A DNA stretch of 54,873 nt from Pseudomonadota bacterium (GTDB lineage: Bacteria; Bdellovibrionota; Bdellovibrionia; Bdellovibrionales; SG-bin7): contig JAWXAY010000016.1 of the NCBI GenBank assembly GCA_034439715.1, positions 1 to 54,873 of the forward strand. Direction: 5' to 3'. Below are positions 38,592-48,108 of this stretch, one piece after another (within the stretch, counting starts at the first letter, position 1; every line of letters starts with the position of its first letter). Made by a program: the position numbers and the translations under genes. The notes beneath the pieces are model-generated. The model was not told the origin of the DNA and did not search any database. It saw nothing but the letters and a program-made list of their open reading frames with translations.

Positions 38592-39434
38592 GTGACTCTA
38601 AGGTTTTGTCTAAATTTAATGTTGCTAATAATTTCTGGTCTAACAACTGGATGTGTTACGTTTTCAAATAACCTCGCGTGTTCGTCAAATGAAGTTCTCA
38701 TTGGCGAAACTGATTTTAAAGTACAACTCACCCACTATGATCCCGAGGGAAAGTCATTAAAAAGCATACTTATCCTCCCACCCACAGGCGGCACAAATCT
38801 CATTGATCGAAGCTACGCCAAGGAATTCTGCGCCAAGGGATATGACGTATATATTTTAAATACTTGGACAGATAAATTAGAAGAATCCCCCGACCTTGAG
38901 TACCATCAAAGGTTCTATACACGAGGCCAAAAGGCGATTTCCCGGGTGCTCGCTGAAGTTAAAACTCCCTTTGTGGGCCTGCTTGGCACTAGCATAGGGG
39001 CACTTCATTCCAGTATAGCTGCGACCACCGTTGAAAAAATCGACGCTGTGTTTATCATCGTTGGCGGGGCACCAATAGCCGAAATTGTTTTAAGCTCTGA
39101 TCAGCAACAGATGATAGACTTAAAATATGCGCGGAAAAAACTCTATGGCTTTAAAAACGATCAAGAGAATATTGAAGCGATTGGTAAAGCCTTTCAGTTA
39201 GAACCCATGCAACAGGGCACACTATACAAGAAAAAAGACCTCGGTATGTCGATCGCCAAAAACGACGAAACCGTTCCCACAATAAATCAAAATAAGTTAC
39301 GTGATTATTGGCAGCCCAAAAAAGTAGTGAGCTTATCTAGCAATCATTTTTTTGGTATTTTGAAAACTTGGTTGTTTCATACTGACGAACTTGTCAGTTT
39401 TTTCGAAGAAAGTTTTAGCTCTCGGCAAAAATAA
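38592..39434 (+). CDS. Alpha/beta-hydrolase-fold lipoprotein
   Basis: Lipobox-like LTTGC; nucleophile elbow GTSIG; D in KNDETVP; H in SSNH. Confidence 0.8.
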   Translation: MTLRFCLNLMLLIISGLTTGCVTFSNNLACSSNEVLIGETDFKVQLTHYDPEGKSLKSILILPPTGGTNLIDRSYAKEFCAKGYDVYILNTWTDKLEESPDLEYHQRFYTRGQKAISRVLAEVKTPFVGLLGTSIGALHSSIAATTVEKIDAVFIIVGGAPIAEIVLSSDQQQMIDLKYARKKLYGFKNDQENIEAIGKAFQLEPMQQGTLYKKKDLGMSIAKNDETVPTINQNKLRDYWQPKKVVSLSSNHFFGILKTWLFHTDELVSFFEESFSSRQK

Positions 39435-39439
39435 CATTT

Positions 39440-39638
39440 ATAAACTGATACCCTTTAGTGGTATGGCTTCGATCTAGCGCCTCAATAAACTCATAAATTT
39501 AAAGAGCTTATGTCCTCTCGTTGCTCTCCAAATACACTTAAGTGTATTTGGACCACAAGGAGTCCCAGATGCCTCTGAGTTTACTGAATTTTTCGACGCA
39601 TGAGAGAGGATCCATACCACTAAAGGGTATCAGTTTAT
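39440..39638. mobile_element. MITE/REPIN-like nested fold-back element
   Basis: Perfect 27 bp terminal IRs ATAAACTGATACCCTTTAGTGGTATGG (39440-39466 / 39612-39638); internal 12 bp IR with one mismatch; central perfect 26 bp palindrome TCCAAATACACTTAAGTGTATTTGGA (39527-39552); no long ORF. Confidence 0.75.
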
Positions 39639-40835
39639 TAAATAAAGGAACAATCCACTGCGAAGTTTAGGCTCAAACCAAGTGGATTTTGGTGGCATGA
39701 CCAGGCCCATGTCTGCCACTGCCATCATTTCCTTAATCGAAGTCGCAAAGAGGCTCAGGCCAATGTAGTCTCTATTCTGCTGGCAATAATCTTCAATCCC
39801 GGCCTGTCCCCCTAAACCACGATAGGTACCCCCAATAAAATCAATATTTTTATCAGTACGTGGGTCAATAATGCTAAAAACATCTTTTAAAAAAAACTCT
39901 TGTAAGATATGAACATCGAGAGTTTTTATGACGTCGTCATCATCACAAATGTTTTTTTTGGCTGTCATCTTGAGCCATTGGTTTTCAACATATACGCCAA
40001 ATTCATGCTTTTTGCTAACTGGGCCTATTGAAAAATCAAAATACCTCTCGGCAAGTAATTTTATTTTTTGCCAACCCAAACCCTGGTGGTCCTTGACCAC
40101 CCTATGATAGGGCAATACTAAAAGTTCAGTGTGCGGAAAAATCACCGCCAAAAAATCCGTGTTACCTAAGCGCTTTGATACTTCACTGGCTGCGGCAGCT
40201 CGATGATGACCGTCGGCAATGTAGGAACAAGGTACTTCGCTAAAAAGTTCGGTGATTTTTTTAGTTTCTGAGAAACTTTCAACCTGCCACAATTTGTGAG
40301 TCACACCATCGGAACTGGTAAAATTAAATCGTAAATTTTTATCCGTCATGGCCTGAGCAAAAACTTCCCGAAGCTGCGCCGGGGCTCTCAGCGTTAAAAA
40401 CACAGGTTCGGTGTGGGCCCGACAATTAAAAATGTGATTGATACGATCCTGTTCTTTTTCTTTACGAGTGAGCTCATGTTTTTTAATTAAATTGCTTTTA
40501 TATTCAGCTATTGAAACTAGGGCCACAAGTCCCGTCTGAACTCTCCCCTGAAAAGACTCCTGGTAAATGTAAAAACTCTCATTTTTATCTGAGACCAACC
40601 AACCTTTTTCTAAAAACGATTTGAGAACCTGAGAACTTTTTTCATAAACAGATTGATCGTAGGGATTTTTTATTTCGGGTAAATCTATTTCAGCACGAGT
40701 AACATGAAAAAAACTTTTGGGGCTCATTACTTGAGATTTAAGTTCCTCGTATGTCACCACGTCATAGGGAAGTGCCGAAACTTCGGCGACGAGGTTTGGG
40801 TTAGGGCGAATGGCGCAAAATGGGGTGACTTTCAT
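39630..40835 (-). CDS. DUF1015 family protein
   Basis: MK+.PF.AIRP, ALPYDV, IKKHELTR.EKE.DR, YIADGHHR.AAA, MPPKSTWFEPKLRSGL. Confidence 0.92.
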   Translation of the reverse strand: MKVTPFCAIRPNPNLVAEVSALPYDVVTYEELKSQVMSPKSFFHVTRAEIDLPEIKNPYDQSVYEKSSQVLKSFLEKGWLVSDKNESFYIYQESFQGRVQTGLVALVSIAEYKSNLIKKHELTRKEKEQDRINHIFNCRAHTEPVFLTLRAPAQLREVFAQAMTDKNLRFNFTSSDGVTHKLWQVESFSETKKITELFSEVPCSYIADGHHRAAAASEVSKRLGNTDFLAVIFPHTELLVLPYHRVVKDHQGLGWQKIKLLAERYFDFSIGPVSKKHEFGVYVENQWLKMTAKKNICDDDDVIKTLDVHILQEFFLKDVFSIIDPRTDKNIDFIGGTYRGLGGQAGIEDYCQQNRDYIGLSLFATSIKEMMAVADMGLVMPPKSTWFEPKLRSGLFLYLIN

Positions 40836-40978
40836 AACAAATTTAAGCCTCTAGTTTGAATAATTTATCACTACGCGCCCTCGACGCCAAGGAAAGTTAA
40901 ATAAAATCAAGGCGTTGGGAGCCTAGAATTTGAGCACAAGAGTTGTATAGGGTTATGAGTCTACACTGAGGGGGCGGG

Positions 40979-42844
40979 ATGTTTTTTGGGGTATTTTGCA
41001 GGGTAAATATTCTATCTTTTTTAATGATAATATTGGTGGCGGCACCCAGCCCCGCTGCGTCCTATAAAGAAACCCTCGTGATCAGCCAGTTCCAAGTTCA
41101 GCTACAAGGCGTTCGCTATAAAATAGATGACCTTCTCAATATCACTACTGTTAGAAAATACACTTTTAGTATCCTTCCCGAACTTGCCCTGCTTAACGAC
41201 AAAAAGGGTGAGCCCACCAAACGATTACCCGATGGTCCCTATTTGGTTCGACTGACATTATTTAAGGGAGGAAGTTTTGACGATTTGAACGCTAAACAAT
41301 TTTTTGTGGACTCTCACGAAAAAGTCGCCAGCGCTCTTGGTGGAAGAATAGTTTCTGATTTTGAATTCGACATTCGTGATCTCATGATCCCCGGCGCACG
41401 AAACACACTTGCTGTCGAAATTTATCCCATTAATAATAATACAAAAAAAACACTCCAGCCGAAATTGCACTTGACCCAGTTTGTCCCTGCCACCGAATTT
41501 AGTCCCGGCATTTTCTCGAGCACTAAGACTGAAATAAATAAACAAAACCCTCAATTATTTATGAGTAATCTTGTCGCAGATGCTCGGCTCGAACAAAAGA
41601 AAACTCGAGCGCAAATGTCAGAAGTTTTTACTGTGCCCTCATTTGCAAAGGACTCAGGACTAGAGCTGATTTCGCTCACTGAAAAAACACTTCCCTACAA
41701 TCTTGATGCTATTTTACTAAAAGACCTCATCACTCAGGGTCTTATAAATCTTGTTCCTAATAGTGCCCGAGTGGCAAAACTGTCCGAGCTCGCGGCGCAC
41801 CTTTGCCAACAGGCTTACGTTGAAAATTTGGGTTTTTGGAAATTAAATGGAAGTGGAGTTTCACAGAGCCAACAAGCTCAATATCAACAGGCGCAAAAGG
41901 TAGCCTTTGACTGCCGCCAGCAGCCCTTTAAGTATTTTGATTTTGATCAGAAAGTTCACATAAAACATATTGATCCCAACGTAAGGTATTTGGGCGGCAG
42001 CTCGCAAAATTTTAACGTTACCAGCAATTTCGAATTGAACGCTAATCACGCTTTATCAGCAAGCCTTAGGGAAAGTGCCACGGCGGGCGTTACGGTGGGA
42101 GTAAGGCTTTTAAAGCTTTTTCGCACCGGAGCTGGAATTGTTCCTCTCTTAAAGGATATTTTTAATGCCTCAGTCGACTATACTTTGAGTCAGGACTCGT
42201 CCCTCACTGATTCTCTGACTCAAAATCGAGGACATAGTGTATCTTTCTCGCGGGGTTTATATCTCATCGAACAACAGGCTAGTTTTGAAATAGTCGTCAC
42301 TGAATACACGCCTTGTATTTCGATTTTAGCGAAAGAAGAAATTTTACGACAGCTTTTTGAAAAAGAAGCAGTTCATGTGCTGCCATTTAAAGGGTTTCAT
42401 ATTTGTGGGGATTCCCAAACCCAAAATATCTCTGTTGCCGAGACCTATTATTTTTTCTCGCAGCACTTTGCCTCGGGTGATCTCTTAGACTCCAGGAGCT
42501 TTGAAAATCGACCTTTTGTAATGGCCTTAAGAGGCGTCAGAGATTATTTCGTATTTTTAAATGTAAATAACGCAATTTTGGAAACCAATGACCTCACTAA
42601 GGCAGAGTCTGAAAAACCTAATCCTAAAGGAATTGTTATGAGCGGCATGGGTCTGTTCTCTCACCAACAACGAGCCTACCCCGGCATCTATTCCACCGTG
42701 ACCAAACCCAGCCAGTTGCAATTTTTGAGCGAAACAAGCTTAAACTCCAAAGCCAAGGAGTTCTTTTCGGGATTAAACAAGACTCTGTCGCCTTGGACGC
42801 GTAAAGATTTACAGCCGCTTGAAAACAGGCTAGTAAACCGCTAG
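40979..42844 (+). CDS. Hypothetical secreted protein
   Basis: 621 aa ORF with an N-terminal signal and a beta-rich, Ser/Thr-rich middle; family not recognised. Confidence 0.7.
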   Translation: MFFGVFCRVNILSFLMIILVAAPSPAASYKETLVISQFQVQLQGVRYKIDDLLNITTVRKYTFSILPELALLNDKKGEPTKRLPDGPYLVRLTLFKGGSFDDLNAKQFFVDSHEKVASALGGRIVSDFEFDIRDLMIPGARNTLAVEIYPINNNTKKTLQPKLHLTQFVPATEFSPGIFSSTKTEINKQNPQLFMSNLVADARLEQKKTRAQMSEVFTVPSFAKDSGLELISLTEKTLPYNLDAILLKDLITQGLINLVPNSARVAKLSELAAHLCQQAYVENLGFWKLNGSGVSQSQQAQYQQAQKVAFDCRQQPFKYFDFDQKVHIKHIDPNVRYLGGSSQNFNVTSNFELNANHALSASLRESATAGVTVGVRLLKLFRTGAGIVPLLKDIFNASVDYTLSQDSSLTDSLTQNRGHSVSFSRGLYLIEQQASFEIVVTEYTPCISILAKEEILRQLFEKEAVHVLPFKGFHICGDSQTQNISVAETYYFFSQHFASGDLLDSRSFENRPFVMALRGVRDYFVFLNVNNAILETNDLTKAESEKPNPKGIVMSGMGLFSHQQRAYPGIYSTVTKPSQLQFLSETSLNSKAKEFFSGLNKTLSPWTRKDLQPLENRLVNR

Positions 42845-42959
42845 CGCCTATTCAAGTGCCTAGAAATATTACACTTACCTGTCTTTTCCTTCATTGGCTC
42901 ATAGACAAATCGCCCTGCGGATACTATATTCACCGCACCCATTCATTAGGAGAAATTTT

Positions 42960-43832
42960 ATGCTTCGGATTGTTACTTTAGCTATTTCTTTTGGCGTTTC
43001 TGCACCTTTATTTTTTACGCCAGCAGCGGCCGCTGAAAAAATTCCTCAGGTGACAACTCTAGTAATCACCGAAGAAAATATTCAGCGAGTTTTAAAATAT
43101 CCCGCTGTTGTCGCCCCGGTGATTGAGGGTAAGTTAATAAGCGAAATTTCGGGCAGTGTTACACGCATTATAAAAAATATTGGCCAAAAAGTTAAAAAAA
43201 ATGACGTCGTATTTTATGTTAAAAATACGCAGGCAGCGCTAAACTTCAACGAATTTGCGGTCCGCTCACCGGTGACTGGCGTTGTTTCAGTACTCGAAGT
43301 TACAGTAGGAAAATCCCTAGTTGTCGGGCAAAGTGCGGGAGAGGTGGTCGATCTTAGCCAGTTTCGTTGGCTTGTCGAAGTCCCTGCTAAAGATTTACAA
43401 AAAATAAATTTGAACCTTGAAGCTCAATTTGAATCACAGGGCAAAACCATGCGGGCAAAGGTTGTGGCGATTTCGCCAGTTGCCAGGGCTGCTACGGGGA
43501 CTTCATTGGTCGAGCTAGCGCCTTTAGAAAAATCTCTTAAGTTAGTTTTTGGGACTGTGGGCAAAGCGACTATTATGCTCCCACCAGAAAAGCTGATCGC
43601 CATTCCTCCTGATTCCTTAGTCAAATTGAATTTAAAAAAATTCGTTCAGAAATTAGATGCCGAAGATCGCATTCATTTATTCGAAGTTCAAACTGGTGAC
43701 CTCATTCAGGGTAGACAATTGATATTAAGTGGGCTAGCGCCAAAAGATGAAATAGTAGTTAAATCAAGTGACTTTTTAAAAGATGGCGACAAGATTGCCC
43801 GCGCACCCAAAGAGAACAGCCAACCCCGATGA
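42960..43832 (+). CDS. Efflux RND periplasmic adaptor subunit
   Basis: Lipoyl-like halves SEISG.V..I....GQ.VKK and VRSP+TG.V; AGGAG RBS before ATG at 42960. Confidence 0.85.
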   Translation: MLRIVTLAISFGVSAPLFFTPAAAAEKIPQVTTLVITEENIQRVLKYPAVVAPVIEGKLISEISGSVTRIIKNIGQKVKKNDVVFYVKNTQAALNFNEFAVRSPVTGVVSVLEVTVGKSLVVGQSAGEVVDLSQFRWLVEVPAKDLQKINLNLEAQFESQGKTMRAKVVAISPVARAATGTSLVELAPLEKSLKLVFGTVGKATIMLPPEKLIAIPPDSLVKLNLKKFVQKLDAEDRIHLFEVQTGDLIQGRQLILSGLAPKDEIVVKSSDFLKDGDKIARAPKENSQPR

Positions 43833-43842
43833 GAACAGCCAA

Positions 43843-46800
43843 ATGAGGTCGCTATTTTTACATCCTAAAAAGGTTTACTTTGCCCTGTCGGCTCTCGCCT
43901 TAATCGGCTTTGTGCTGGCGCAATTTTTGCCCGTAAGCCTTTTTCCTAATTCTAGTAAACCTGAGTACTACATTAATGTGAGCCTGGTTAATTTAACTCA
44001 CAGCGATTTTTACAATGAGTATGGCGATGGCTTTCGGGAATCACTTAAAAAGCTTGAGGGCATTGATCATGTGACTGTTGAAGGAAGTGCCAACAATCTG
44101 AGTTATGATTTGGAATTCAAATGGGGCGTAGATGCTAAAAAAGCGGAACGCGAAATTCAGACGGCCGTAGAATCATTTCGACCAAGAGTTCCGTTAGAAA
44201 TGCAAGACTTAATATCTTACGGTAAAAATTCATTTAATAATGCGAAGTATGTTGCGAGCATCTCTTCTCCCGATGGACAGCTTTCGACTCTAAAGAAACT
44301 CTTAGAACCCCTATTGGTTGGTCCTCTTAAAGCCCTCGATGGCGTGGAGTCAGTGGGCTTTCATGACCCCAATTGGACTAACGTATATATTACGATCGAC
44401 CCCGAGTCGGCGGCCACCTACCACATCGACATCTTTAGGCTTAATAAATATATTGATTCTGTAATCACGCCCATCAGTCCTGGGCGCCTGACTTTAAAAG
44501 ATGAAAGTTATCAGATTTTGATAAAAAATAGAGTTAAAGATTTTTCGGAACTTGAAGAATTGGACCTGGGACCGCTGGGAAAGCCAGGGCTGAGACTTAA
44601 GGATATTGCAAAAGTCGAGTTGCGTAATTCCCTTTCGGGTTCGAAAATTTTTAAAACGGACGGTAAAGCAAGTTTAATACTTGTCGTAGAACCAACAGAC
44701 GACGCCGACCTCAAGGCCCTTTTTGCCAATATCAATAATCATCTAAAGACATCATTCTCTAAATGGCCTGCAGGCGTTTCCTATCGAGTGCTACTTGACC
44801 CCGGTATTTTTATTAATGCAGCCGTAAAAGATGTTTATGAATCCATGCTTTTCGGAGGAATTTTTGCAGTCCTTATTCTTCTTTTATTTGTAGGCTCTTT
44901 TAAACTTACAATGTTTTCGGCCATTGAAATTCCGATCTCTATGTTGCTTGCTTTTATACTAATGTATTTCTTTGGTGTCGGAATCAACCTGGTGTCACTT
45001 GGTGGCCTAGCGCTCGCTGCGGGCATGAATGTCGATGCTAGCGTTGTGATGGTTGAAAACATCTTACGGCACTTTGAGTTGAGCCTAAAAACCGGCAAAT
45101 CTCGCATCGACATAATTTTGGATGCAGTAAACGAAGTTAAGTGGCCGATTATTAGCTCGACTCTGGCCAGTGTCATTGTCTTTTTACCTTTGTCTATGAC
45201 CTCAGGAATTACCTATGCAATTCTTGGAGATTTGGCCAAAGCCGTGGTCTTTTCGCACGTCTTTTCTGCAGTAGTGGCTATTATATTAGTGCCAACGATT
45301 CGCCTTCAGATGATGAATGACTCCCACGAAACGAACCGCGTATCTCAAGCTTTTAACATCTATTACGATCGTTTTGTAAATCTCTATAAAAGGGCTCTAG
45401 GTTTTTTGCTATATTCTCAAAAGCGACGAGTGGGTTTTGTTGGGTTGATTTTTTTATTGGTTTTCTCAGTAACGGCATTATTATTGCCAAAAATAAAAAA
45501 AGAGATCATTGCAATTCCCAGCACAGATCTTTTGTATATTTCTACTAGCATTCAAAAGTCCGAAGACACCGAGGAGGTTTCGGCGCTTTTAGAACCCTAC
45601 GAAAAAATGTTGCGAGATGAGTTAGCGCAGTACGTGGAGTTTACCTTTACTCAGATACATAGCAAAGATAGCGCCGGAATTATCGCGAAATTGAAGAGTA
45701 AGCGCGATATGGACGCCGCGATTTCTGCGATTGACAAAAAGCTTGTTAGCACACCGCTAGTGCAGTTTCGAATTTTTCCGTGGAATCCTTCGAAACTTCC
45801 GCTACCCAATCCCCCCGATTTTTCGGTGATGATCTCTGGTAAAGAAAATGCCCGAATCGAATATGCGGAGGTCCTACTGCGTGAGCTTAAAGGTACGCAC
45901 CATTTTAGCTGGGTCGGAAATTCCGTCCGTCGAAATACACAAATTGTTCTGAACCCTGATTTTAATATTTTAAATGCTTTGAGTGCGAATCATGGGCCTA
46001 GTTTTTCTGACTTGGGCTTATTGGTGAGTACTTCAGTCCGCGAACTGGGTATTGGGCTCTTAAAAAATGGCGAAGATACCAAGTTTGTTTATTTAACCTT
46101 TCCCGACAATTGGTTTGCTACGTCCGAAGATTTTGCTTCTCTTCCGGTGCTGGCAGGTGAATATGTGCTTCCCTTAAGCGCCCTAACTGAAATTAAAATC
46201 GACGATGTTGTCACGGGTATGTTAATCAAAGATGACCAAGAAGTTACCCAAGTCTACGCTTATTACAATCATGATTCCAAGAAGAAAAAAGAAGCCCTTA
46301 ATTTATCTGTAAAACAATTAATTGCGGATGTAGAAAAACCAAAGGATATACAAGTCACCGTTGAAGATTCAAATGTAGAAATCAATAAATCACTCAAAGG
46401 GCTAATGTGGGCCTTTTTAATTAGTTTGGCATTAATCGCATCTATTATTTATTGGCAATTTGAGAGTATTCTCGATGTCATCACCGTTAAGGCCGCCATC
46501 CCCTTGGGATTTATCGGAGTAGCGCTTTCTCTCTTTATTTTTAAAAGTACTCTTTCTATTAACTCCCTTTTAGGAGTCATTTTGCTATCGGGTATCGCCG
46601 TTAACAACTCGATTTTACTGGTCGCCTTTTTTAAAGACCTAAGGCGCCAAGGTCATCCATTAATTGAATCTGCGATTGAGTCAGCTGGCGTCAGGCTTCG
46701 ACCGATTTTAATTACGAGCCTTACCACCATACTCGCCATGGCGCCAATTGCCTTAGGTTGGGGTGCCGGGGCTGAAGTACTTCAACCCTTAGGAATCGCC

Positions 46801-46887
46801 GTTAGTTTTGGAATGATTTTCTCCACGGGTTTAACTTTGTTTGTGATTCCTTGCCTTGAGGTGATCTTTGCACGCAAAAATGTCTAA
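43843..46887 (+). CDS. Efflux RND transporter permease (AcrB/D/F family)
   Basis: LPVSLFP, GMNVDASVVMVENI.RH, PI..STL..V.VF.P, GIAVNNSILLV, RLRPIL.TSLTT. Confidence 0.93.
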   Translation: MRSLFLHPKKVYFALSALALIGFVLAQFLPVSLFPNSSKPEYYINVSLVNLTHSDFYNEYGDGFRESLKKLEGIDHVTVEGSANNLSYDLEFKWGVDAKKAEREIQTAVESFRPRVPLEMQDLISYGKNSFNNAKYVASISSPDGQLSTLKKLLEPLLVGPLKALDGVESVGFHDPNWTNVYITIDPESAATYHIDIFRLNKYIDSVITPISPGRLTLKDESYQILIKNRVKDFSELEELDLGPLGKPGLRLKDIAKVELRNSLSGSKIFKTDGKASLILVVEPTDDADLKALFANINNHLKTSFSKWPAGVSYRVLLDPGIFINAAVKDVYESMLFGGIFAVLILLLFVGSFKLTMFSAIEIPISMLLAFILMYFFGVGINLVSLGGLALAAGMNVDASVVMVENILRHFELSLKTGKSRIDIILDAVNEVKWPIISSTLASVIVFLPLSMTSGITYAILGDLAKAVVFSHVFSAVVAIILVPTIRLQMMNDSHETNRVSQAFNIYYDRFVNLYKRALGFLLYSQKRRVGFVGLIFLLVFSVTALLLPKIKKEIIAIPSTDLLYISTSIQKSEDTEEVSALLEPYEKMLRDELAQYVEFTFTQIHSKDSAGIIAKLKSKRDMDAAISAIDKKLVSTPLVQFRIFPWNPSKLPLPNPPDFSVMISGKENARIEYAEVLLRELKGTHHFSWVGNSVRRNTQIVLNPDFNILNALSANHGPSFSDLGLLVSTSVRELGIGLLKNGEDTKFVYLTFPDNWFATSEDFASLPVLAGEYVLPLSALTEIKIDDVVTGMLIKDDQEVTQVYAYYNHDSKKKKEALNLSVKQLIADVEKPKDIQVTVEDSNVEINKSLKGLMWAFLISLALIASIIYWQFESILDVITVKAAIPLGFIGVALSLFIFKSTLSINSLLGVILLSGIAVNNSILLVAFFKDLRRQGHPLIESAIESAGVRLRPILITSLTTILAMAPIALGWGAGAEVLQPLGIAVSFGMIFSTGLTLFVIPCLEVIFARKNV

Positions 46888-48094
46888 GATTATTTTAATT
46901 GCCCTCTCATTTATTTTTTTAACACTTAGGGCGGACGCACTTTCGTTTTCAGAAGCTCTTCACGCGGCAAAAAAACATCCCGACGCAAAAATCGCTGATT
47001 TAACGTTAGAGCAAAGCCAGAAACAGACCCATAAATCCTATTTGAACCTCACCCCCTCAGTAAATTTATATACCAGTCAAATTGCCTCCCCCAGCCCGCG
47101 TGATTTTTCTGAAACAACTTGGGGTATAGGGACGACGCTTAATCTTTTCTCTGGACTAAGAGATTTCCACAGTATCCGTCAAGAACGGGCCAATTACCGC
47201 GCTGCCGCCGCTTTGAGACAAACAGAGATGTTGGAGCGCGAAATTACTGTAGGCCAGATCTATTTAGAATGTCTCTTCTACCAAACTTCAGAGTCCTCAG
47301 CTCTCGAGAGCCACAATGTGGGCAACCAGATCTCTGAAGTTGCCAGGAAAAGATTTGAACGAGGCTTAACCTCTAAAGACGAATACTTAAAACTCAGAGT
47401 TGATGCCGAGACGTCACAAGTTAAATATATTTCTGAGAAATCGAAAAAGGAAAATTGTTATTCTAATCTTAAATATTGGGTCGGCAGCTTTTCAAATCTT
47501 GATAATATTAGCTTGAAAGAGGCACCAAGTTTGCGGACATTAAGCGAATTTCCGATTAATCATCCCAAATTCACCTATTATAAAGATATCGTGGGGCGAG
47601 AAAAGTTTTATTCTCGTGTGCTACTCGCAAAAAATCTGCCTCAGGTGAATTTGGAGTATTCCCGAGAATACCAGCCCACAGTTGTTGATCCCATTAGTTT
47701 TTGGGCTCTTCGCGGAACTTGGACCTTGTTTGATTCGGGACAAAGTTGGATGAACACGCAAATTCAAAATATTGAGCTAGAGAAAGCAAGTGAAAAGTTA
47801 AAAACCGTTGAGAAAACAATTTTGCGCGACAGTGAGACCTTAGAGAGGACCTATCTGGACAATTTGAAGCTCTACAAAATTCTTGAGAGTAATTTGAGTC
47901 AAATTAAATCCACGTTTCGTACCAGCCTCAACCGTTATCGCGCCGGCGCCACGACCGCAAATGATGTGGCCTTAGATCAGTCTCGAGTTATAGTGGCGAC
48001 TTACTCGCTGGATGACATGTGGCTGCAAAAACACTTGAGTTTAATTCGCTATCAAAATAGCCTAGGAAAATCAATAACTGAACTGTTACGATAA
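46880..48094 (+). CDS. TolC-family outer-membrane efflux protein
   Basis: Signal peptide; duplicated OEP halves (P.V.L...LF.G; R+..G....+); follows the RND permease. Confidence 0.85.
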   Translation: MSKIILIALSFIFLTLRADALSFSEALHAAKKHPDAKIADLTLEQSQKQTHKSYLNLTPSVNLYTSQIASPSPRDFSETTWGIGTTLNLFSGLRDFHSIRQERANYRAAAALRQTEMLEREITVGQIYLECLFYQTSESSALESHNVGNQISEVARKRFERGLTSKDEYLKLRVDAETSQVKYISEKSKKENCYSNLKYWVGSFSNLDNISLKEAPSLRTLSEFPINHPKFTYYKDIVGREKFYSRVLLAKNLPQVNLEYSREYQPTVVDPISFWALRGTWTLFDSGQSWMNTQIQNIELEKASEKLKTVEKTILRDSETLERTYLDNLKLYKILESNLSQIKSTFRTSLNRYRAGATTANDVALDQSRVIVATYSLDDMWLQKHLSLIRYQNSLGKSITELLR

Positions 48095-48108
48095 CGGACA
48101 GGAAATTT

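Noticed and set aside
39527..39552. Protelomerase or dif site
   Set aside because: No resemblance to dif XerC/XerD arms or to the telRL core I recall, and no protelomerase gene nearby.
43812..43842. 12 bp direct repeat GAGAACAGCCAA at the adaptor/permease junction
   Set aside because: Real, but most simply a small local duplication; it leaves both genes intact.
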